A stretch of DNA of 64,000 nucleotides from a phage. The stretch lies in sequence record NC_129898.1, one strand, 5' to 3'. The stretch's first letter is position 1. Each line of letters begins with the position of its first letter. A program made the translations under genes and the position numbers. Shown here in pieces: positions 58,537 to 64,000 of this stretch. The notes below the pieces were generated by a model. It was not told the origin of the DNA and did no database searches. It saw only the letters and a list, made by a program, of their open reading frames with translations.

Positions 58537-58752
58537 TTAGTAAAACTGAAGAATGTCTTTTAAAGCGAAGTCACGATATTCGCCCTTGTCTACATCAAAT
58601 GCATGCATCAACCACTGCTCTTCTTTATGATACTCTGTAGATCCAAACCATAAACTAGGCTCAGTAACGCAGCGATCTGCAACAACACCTTTCCAGTTAC
58701 GGTATTTCATTCTGATCAGAACTGAATCGCAAGGATTGAATACCTTTTTCAT
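58537..58752 (-). CDS. hypothetical small protein
   Basis: ORF; start uncertain. Confidence 0.35.
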   Translation of the reverse strand: MKKVFNPCDSVLIRMKYRNWKGVVADRCVTEPSLWFGSTEYHKEEQWLMHAFDVDKGEYRDFALKDILQFY

Positions 58753-59302
58753 CCCCATAGAAATCTCTCTCCTCAGTTTTCTTTATAAACTCCTGCATGT
58801 ATGCCTCAATAGCCTCATGCTTGGTGTACTCTGAATTAATGACAAGATCGAGATCCGATTCTGCCCGTGCAATAATCGTAGCCTTAGAGCATCTCCTCAA
58901 GAACTTTGTCATATCATCTCTGTAGTTTTTGTGGAGCGGGAAGTCGCTGTAGTCTTTCTCCAGATAGTCAGCCATCCGGCGCAACGCCTCTGATAAACTG
59001 CAATCTGTGTACTCGTTACAGTATTTCATCCAGTATTTAAGCACATACCCCTCGAAGGTATTAGTGCATTGGGACAAAACACCCCTGCAACGACCAGTCA
59101 GATGATCATGATCTAAACAAGGCTTACGAAGTGGTTCACACAAGATCGGATCAAGACCATCCTGCTCTTCTGACAATTCTTTTCGAAAGTTGGCTATGTC
59201 CTTAGAATCTTTTAGCCACCCGCTATGAACGGGGGCTTTGACAGCTTTCTTTCTTATTTTACGCTTTGCGATAATCCCTCCAGATGCGCCCTGCCTATCC
59301 AA
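58697..59302 (-). CDS. endonuclease VII-family protein
   Basis: CLDHDHLTGRCRGVLSQCTN matches Endonuclease_7 hallmark. Confidence 0.7.
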   Translation of the reverse strand: MDRQGASGGIIAKRKIRKKAVKAPVHSGWLKDSKDIANFRKELSEEQDGLDPILCEPLRKPCLDHDHLTGRCRGVLSQCTNTFEGYVLKYWMKYCNEYTDCSLSEALRRMADYLEKDYSDFPLHKNYRDDMTKFLRRCSKATIIARAESDLDLVINSEYTKHEAIEAYMQEFIKKTEERDFYGDEKGIQSLRFSSDQNEIP

Positions 59303-59883
59303 TAAGCATCTGCAAGATCGGCCTTACCTTGTACCAAATTGATCCCATCCAGGAACCCCGGTTCAGATACTTCGCAGGCCTTAACCATCAACTTTTTATC
59401 CATCGTAACAGGTTTCTTCACAGTATGCTCTTTACCTGTCCTTTTGTCAAGCTTTTTCTTCTCCTCAAAAGCAAGTTCTTCAGGAAGATGACTACGAGCA
59501 AACTTTTTGGCAGTTGTTGGTGTCACTGTGTGGACCTTAAACAGGCCGTCATTTTCACAATCTGCTAAAGCATCCCAAAGCATAACTTCAAGACCATAAA
59601 ACAACCCAGCCAGTTCACGTGTGGCATCTCCTCGCGATCCGAAGGAGAGCCCTTCCATAACCACGGTGTCAACGCCGTGCGTGTGGATATAATATCTAAC
59701 CTGTTTGCAGATCCAGTCAATACGCTCAGCAGCTGTTGCAAAAGAAACCGTCCCTGGTTTCTTTTCTTTTGCAGACGAGCTTTGGGTTCGTAACACAACC
59801 TTATGAACAGGCCTACCATCGTCCCATACAACGCAGGCCGTGTGGGTAAGAGACTGGTCTATAGACAGCAGTCTTTCTCTCAT
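59254..59883 (-). CDS. RuvC-like Holliday junction resolvase
   Basis: LLSIDQSLTHTACVVWD N-terminus, MEGLSFGSRG and DAYWIGRAHL. Confidence 0.6.
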   Translation of the reverse strand: MRERLLSIDQSLTHTACVVWDDGRPVHKVVLRTQSSSAKEKKPGTVSFATAAERIDWICKQVRYYIHTHGVDTVVMEGLSFGSRGDATRELAGLFYGLEVMLWDALADCENDGLFKVHTVTPTTAKKFARSHLPEELAFEEKKKLDKRTGKEHTVKKPVTMDKKLMVKACEVSEPGFLDGINLVQGKADLADAYWIGRAHLEGLSQSVK

Positions 59884-60206
59884 GCTGTCTCCTCTTCATC
59901 TGGGGCATAAGCTTTGTCTTTGAACAACACAAGGGAGCAAAGCTTAACATCTGTTTCCACACTGGTAAACATGCATAACCGCTCGCCCTCGATCAGCTCA
60001 CAGTCCTCTTTTAAAACAGCAGACCATACACGATCATCTGCGTAATCATCAGTATACAAGATGTATGCAATAGTGTCATCTTCATACAACCGCCACATAC
60101 CTGTGGCAACAATAAATGTATTTTTTGTTTTAATGGTGCCTGTTGTATGGTCATCCTCAAAAACAGCTTCCATAATTGCATTATCTACAGAGTTTTTAGT
60201 CATCAA
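59880..60206 (-). CDS. hypothetical protein
   Basis: Overlapping start/stop. Confidence 0.45.
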   Translation of the reverse strand: MMTKNSVDNAIMEAVFEDDHTTGTIKTKNTFIVATGMWRLYEDDTIAYILYTDDYADDRVWSAVLKEDCELIEGERLCMFTSVETDVKLCSLVLFKDKAYAPDEEETA

Positions 60207-61342
60207 ATTGCTCCAACATTTCTAAGAACATTAACAAGTTTTGTTTGGTCATTGAATGATCGCTTCATATACAAACAGTCGAAAATTATACTCATCCACT
60301 GACCTACGGAAATCCTACGGTCGATACCATTGAAATCAGTATACTTAACGGCACCTTTCGGAAACCATTTTTTATACTGATCAATGATTGCTAACCACAT
60401 CTCCTTCGGTGTGCTGCACTGAGACAGCAAGGAGAATGCAGATGCATCTCCAAACTTTCCTTTACCAATAAGCCCTTGGTAAGGCTTAATATTGTCAGCT
60501 GAGTCACCACATAGCATTTGATAACCGAAGAACAACATTCCATACCCACCAACATCTCCGTTTGGTTTCATGAATATGTTACCCATACCGTTATCAATAA
60601 GCATAGGAGTTTCTCTTACAAAATCACCTTTATCGTTCCTCATCGGATCGAATACAAGCCCAGGAAGTGTTCGCTGGTCCTTATCTATAGAGATAATAAA
60701 CTTGTTGAACTTACCTGTTTTCTGGTAGTGGTTCCAACCTTCAAATTGCTGGATAGCTAACCAGTCGTCAGCTTCAATACCGTTGATCACCTGAGCGTTA
60801 TACTGCTTTTGGAGATACTGTCTTGCATCTTCAAGCAACAGTGGTCGAAGAGTATTGTTACGGTTGGCTTTATATCGTTCCGGCATGGGAAGATCTAGTC
60901 TGAAATTACCTGTGCCTCCAAGCACTCCTACGCACCGATCTTCAGGAATACCAAGATAGTTAAGGACTGCGTTAGCTTTACACTTAATTGTGTGCAAGCA
61001 GTTCTCTACAGGATCAGGGGTTTGGATATCCAAGACATCGAAATCTTCACGTGTCCACGGAATAAACTCCTTGCCAGCTTTTTTACATGCAGCTTCACGG
61101 TTGGTGTTCTCAGCCTTTAACCAACCGCCAACTGCGTTCTTCTGCCTCCCCCAAAACTCTGTTCGTGTTTTGAACACCTTCTTACGTCCGGAGGCTTTAT
61201 GTGTTACCTCAATTGTCCTTTTTTCACAACTTGCTGCAGCTTGATATGCAACCTGATCGAAGTCATAATAAACTATAGCGTCAGGTTCAAGAAGATCAGC
61301 TAGACAATCTATGGACTCAATAAGTGGATATTCTCTACTCAA
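60203..61342 (-). CDS. 5'-3' exonuclease / flap endonuclease
   Basis: GIEADDW and GDSADNI motifs typical of phage FEN/5'-3' exonucleases. Confidence 0.75.
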   Translation of the reverse strand: MSREYPLIESIDCLADLLEPDAIVYYDFDQVAYQAAASCEKRTIEVTHKASGRKKVFKTRTEFWGRQKNAVGGWLKAENTNREAACKKAGKEFIPWTREDFDVLDIQTPDPVENCLHTIKCKANAVLNYLGIPEDRCVGVLGGTGNFRLDLPMPERYKANRNNTLRPLLLEDARQYLQKQYNAQVINGIEADDWLAIQQFEGWNHYQKTGKFNKFIISIDKDQRTLPGLVFDPMRNDKGDFVRETPMLIDNGMGNIFMKPNGDVGGYGMLFFGYQMLCGDSADNIKPYQGLIGKGKFGDASAFSLLSQCSTPKEMWLAIIDQYKKWFPKGAVKYTDFNGIDRRISVGQWMSIIFDCLYMKRSFNDQTKLVNVLRNVGAI

Positions 61343-61643
61343 AGACCCTCCTGTTAGTTACTCTGCAAGATGGTTGGATGCTGTAATGGAATGCATCATC
61401 ACTCTCTGCAATAAGCGACTCAACATCCCAATATTTTTCAAAAAGGAACGGATTAGACCCCCAGTGGTGGGTTATTTTCATCAAGGAGTCTGGTATCAGA
61501 TAACCAGAGATCTTAACTACATCACCAGGTTGAATTGTGTTTTCATGAAGGTTGCTTGCCTTCTTCAGGATCATACCTTTATGATTCTCGTTTGCATACA
61601 ACTGGACAATATCTTTATCTTCAACAATAAAAATTTTAAGCAT
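61335..61643 (-). CDS. hypothetical protein
   Basis: ORF in array. Confidence 0.4.
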   Translation of the reverse strand: MLKIFIVEDKDIVQLYANENHKGMILKKASNLHENTIQPGDVVKISGYLIPDSLMKITHHWGSNPFLFEKYWDVESLIAESDDAFHYSIQPSCRVTNRRVFE

Positions 61644-61702
61644 ACCTAGTTCTCCTAGTTTATAAATATCTGACTGATACTATCAGATTAATGACACTTT
61701 TG

Positions 61703-61996
61703 TCAAGACTTTTTAGTCTTCCTTGGAGAGCTTTTTGTTGATCTTTTCCGTTTGTGGTAGATTCCAAGTGCAGCGTTTTCTTGTGCGCACGTTTTAACAG
61801 TTCTCAGACAAGAACTTTCAGCTTTAGGCAGGTTTAACTCCCACCAACCAAGCCAGTAAAGTTCTGATTCAGACAACTGCTCAGATTCAGCCTTCCGATA
61901 CAATGATTGCATACCTCTAATAATGTCGTCCAGAGGCGTATCGAATACAAAAGCTGTCTTATCAAATTTCTCTTTTACAGGTTTCTTAGCCATCAA
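61703..61996 (-). CDS. hypothetical protein (basic C-terminus)
   Basis: ORF in array. Confidence 0.4.
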   Translation of the reverse strand: MMAKKPVKEKFDKTAFVFDTPLDDIIRGMQSLYRKAESEQLSESELYWLGWWELNLPKAESSCLRTVKTCAQENAALGIYHKRKRSTKSSPRKTKKS

Positions 61997-62450
61997 GGTA
62001 ACCCTCTATCCACGAAAAGTCAGTCTTCCATTCCGGAACTTTACTAAGCTCACGCCACTCTGCAAAGCAGTCTCGGTAATAGGCCTCTGCCATACCTTTA
62101 GTGATCTTATTCACCTTAGCCAACTGATTAACTGCCTGAGCATACTTCCCACGGATATTTGCTAACCCAGGGTGCACCGATGTGTGACAATCCGGGCACA
62201 GAGCTATCAGTCCGACAAGCCGGATCACCCCCTCTTCGAAGGTGTAAAGTTCATGACACTCCACAGGGTGTTTGCTACCTTTGCCGCCACACACCTCGCA
62301 AGTGTAGTTGGCCTCTCTGTAGCACTTCTTACGGATCTTATCCCACTCACTCTTCTTCACAGCGTTTCGGAGGTTATTATACCAAGCTGTTTCTGGGATC
62401 AGTTGTACAATAAGCCTGCGTTCAGACTTCATTAAACGTCCGTCTTCCAC
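61986..62450 (-). CDS. HNH-type nuclease
   Basis: CEVCGG...HPVECHE...LCPDCHTSVH HNH-like Cys/His spacing. Confidence 0.5.
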   Translation of the reverse strand: MEDGRLMKSERRLIVQLIPETAWYNNLRNAVKKSEWDKIRKKCYREANYTCEVCGGKGSKHPVECHELYTFEEGVIRLVGLIALCPDCHTSVHPGLANIRGKYAQAVNQLAKVNKITKGMAEAYYRDCFAEWRELSKVPEWKTDFSWIEGYLDG

Positions 62451-62459
62451 GTATCCTCC

Positions 62460-62666
62460 TCATTCAAAGAAATGGGTGCGAGGGCAGGAACCTGCCTCAC
62501 CTTGCTTCACAAGCTCATATAGCTCACCTTGGCTTGTCTCATAAAGGCAAATACGTTTACCATTGTCCCGATATACATCTACAAGGTACGCTGTCTCACC
62601 TGCAAACACGACACCACAGGCAAGGCATGCAGCCATGAACAAAATTGCCAACAGAAAATCTTTCAT
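62460..62666 (-). CDS. putative lipoprotein
   Basis: Signal peptide with lipobox-like LAC(G); directly after lysozyme gene. Confidence 0.45.
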   Translation of the reverse strand: MKDFLLAILFMAACLACGVVFAGETAYLVDVYRDNGKRICLYETSQGELYELVKQGEAGSCPRTHFFE

Positions 62667-62729
62667 AGTTAAATCCTCCTTAACATTCTATGAGGTAACA
62701 ATACCACGTCCGTGTGGTCATGTCAATGA

Positions 62730-63200
62730 TTAATCTAGGACAACACCGCCTGACTTTTTAAACACCTCGATCAACTTTTCGATCTTCTGTTCGTGCTGAC
62801 CGTACCCTGCACCTGGAAGGCTTGCCCATCGAGATCTGCAAAGATGGATGGCCTGGTGAATACGACCTTCATCAATATCATCGAGCGCCTTACACTCACG
62901 GATCAGTTGCAACGCAATCTTGTCCTGACTGGCAGGGCCAAAATCTGGTAATCCTAACTGTTTCATATAGTGTTTAGCAAACTTCTCCAGAATCTGGTAA
63001 CGCCCAGCAGCAGAGGAGGTAAGTTTAGCATTTAGCTTAACGTAAACACCTGGATGCTTACTGTAATCGCTAAACAGCTTGCCCCCGACTATGACATCGT
63101 AGCCCCGATCCTTGGTAGGTTGTCTACCATTATCTGTACCTTCTGAATATGCGATCATATCCAAGAAAGCTTTTCGTTGAACATTTTTATCAAGTTTCAT
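62730..63200 (-). CDS. endolysin, lambda R-type lytic transglycosylase
   Basis: QRKAFLDMIAYSEGTDNGRQ...GYDVIVGG...AGRYQIL...WASLPGAGYGQ closely matches lambda R. Confidence 0.9.
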   Translation of the reverse strand: MKLDKNVQRKAFLDMIAYSEGTDNGRQPTKDRGYDVIVGGKLFSDYSKHPGVYVKLNAKLTSSAAGRYQILEKFAKHYMKQLGLPDFGPASQDKIALQLIRECKALDDIDEGRIHQAIHLCRSRWASLPGAGYGQHEQKIEKLIEVFKKSGGVVLD

Positions 63201-63341
63201 TTTTCATACTCTCCAGTTCACTCATAACGAGCCCTGATCAGCACGTGGCTAGGTTGCACAGTGCATACATCAGGGCATATGTAGGTGCCAATTGAAAACA
63301 CTCATTCAATTGGCTACCGTTATCTACTAAACATACCTACA

Positions 63342-64000
63342 CTATTCCAGAACATCCCAAGTGTCTGGATTAACATTTCGGACGCAGATACCGACAGGGA
63401 ATTGGTAGTTGTTGTCTTCTGTCCTTGCTTGATATTTAAAGGTGACAAACTTGCCGATCATTTCCTGCATCCTGCTATAGCTACGCTCCTCGTGCGTGCC
63501 TTTCATCTTCATTTTAACAACGATGCCTTCCTTGTCAACGCAGATAAGAACACCCTCATCATTCTTATCTTTCTCAACGTCAATAACTTTCACCTCTGCG
63601 TCGTTGAACTTTTTCCATTTCAATGCTTCAGATGTTCGCTGACCGTATTCGTATTTACCACAGAAGTTACGCATGATAGTACCTTCATACCCTTCGGACA
63701 TGAATACACCAACAGATTCTTCGCAATGATCAACTGTGTACGCAATCTCTGCGTCAACAACCTTGATATGGTCAAGCATCAGAGTGGTAATGGTATCTTC
63801 TGCATCCATAAGATCCTTGCAGCGTCCAGACTCTGTTTCTGGATCCCACCACACCTTGTCACTAGGGATATCAAAAATGTGATACTCTAAGTCATAGCTA
63901 CAGTACCCTCCGTAACGCAAATCATCACGAACAGGCTCAACATCAACAGGAATATCTACCTTATTGAAGTTTTTGTATGTTGATAAGCCTGCCTTAATTG
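63342..64000 (-). CDS. ATP-dependent DNA ligase (3' portion; gene continues past window end)
   Basis: Motif IV-like EGYEGTIMR and motif V-like LKWKKF; frame stays open upstream of 63920 to the window edge. Confidence 0.6.
   Translation of the reverse strand, partial: IKAGLSTYKNFNKVDIPVDVEPVRDDLRYGGYCSYDLEYHIFDIPSDKVWWDPETESGRCKDLMDAEDTITTLMLDHIKVVDAEIAYTVDHCEESVGVFMSEGYEGTIMRNFCGKYEYGQRTSEALKWKKFNDAEVKVIDVEKDKNDEGVLICVDKEGIVVKMKMKGTHEERSYSRMQEMIGKFVTFKYQARTEDNNYQFPVGICVRNVNPDTWDVLE

Noticed and set aside
1-64000. Prophage or integrative element features (integrase, att sites) and defence systems such as restriction enzymes or toxin-antitoxin pairs
   Set aside because: No integrase or recombinase motifs were recognised and gene content is that of a virulent phage replication module; the only possible restriction candidate is the speculative small ORF at 56256-56714

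Overview
This 64 kb window looks like the replication and nucleotide-metabolism region of a large virulent tailed phage, probably of an enterobacterial host (it carries a lambda R-type lysozyme). All calls below are from reading the sequence and ORF translations by eye; no database search or RNA folding was run. Genes sit in two convergent arms. The + arm (1-27.9 kb) encodes a Type III Mod-like DNA methyltransferase, a C5-methyltransferase-like protein, a primase-helicase, a T7-like family A DNA polymerase split by an ORF-less group I intron, an SSB-like protein, HNH-type endonucleases, a macro-domain protein, and a block of about 25 tiny genes each with its own sigma70-like promoter and 5' hairpin. 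The - arm (64 to 30.5 kb) encodes ligase, lysozyme, 5'-3' exonuclease, RuvC-like and endonuclease VII-like resolvases, a DnaQ-like exonuclease, two more adenine methyltransferases, dNMP kinase, a nucleotidase, ThyX, NrdAB, a glutaredoxin, NrdD split by a group I intron carrying an HNH homing endonuclease, NrdG, PhoH and a ClpP-like peptidase. It ends in an array of about 30 small genes that includes a ribosome hibernation factor homologue and expanded paralogue families. The arms meet at a 2.5 kb repeat-dense non-coding zone (27.9-30.5 kb), and a second repeat region lies at 18.1-19.1 kb. No tRNA, CRISPR array, integrase or structural genes were recognised.
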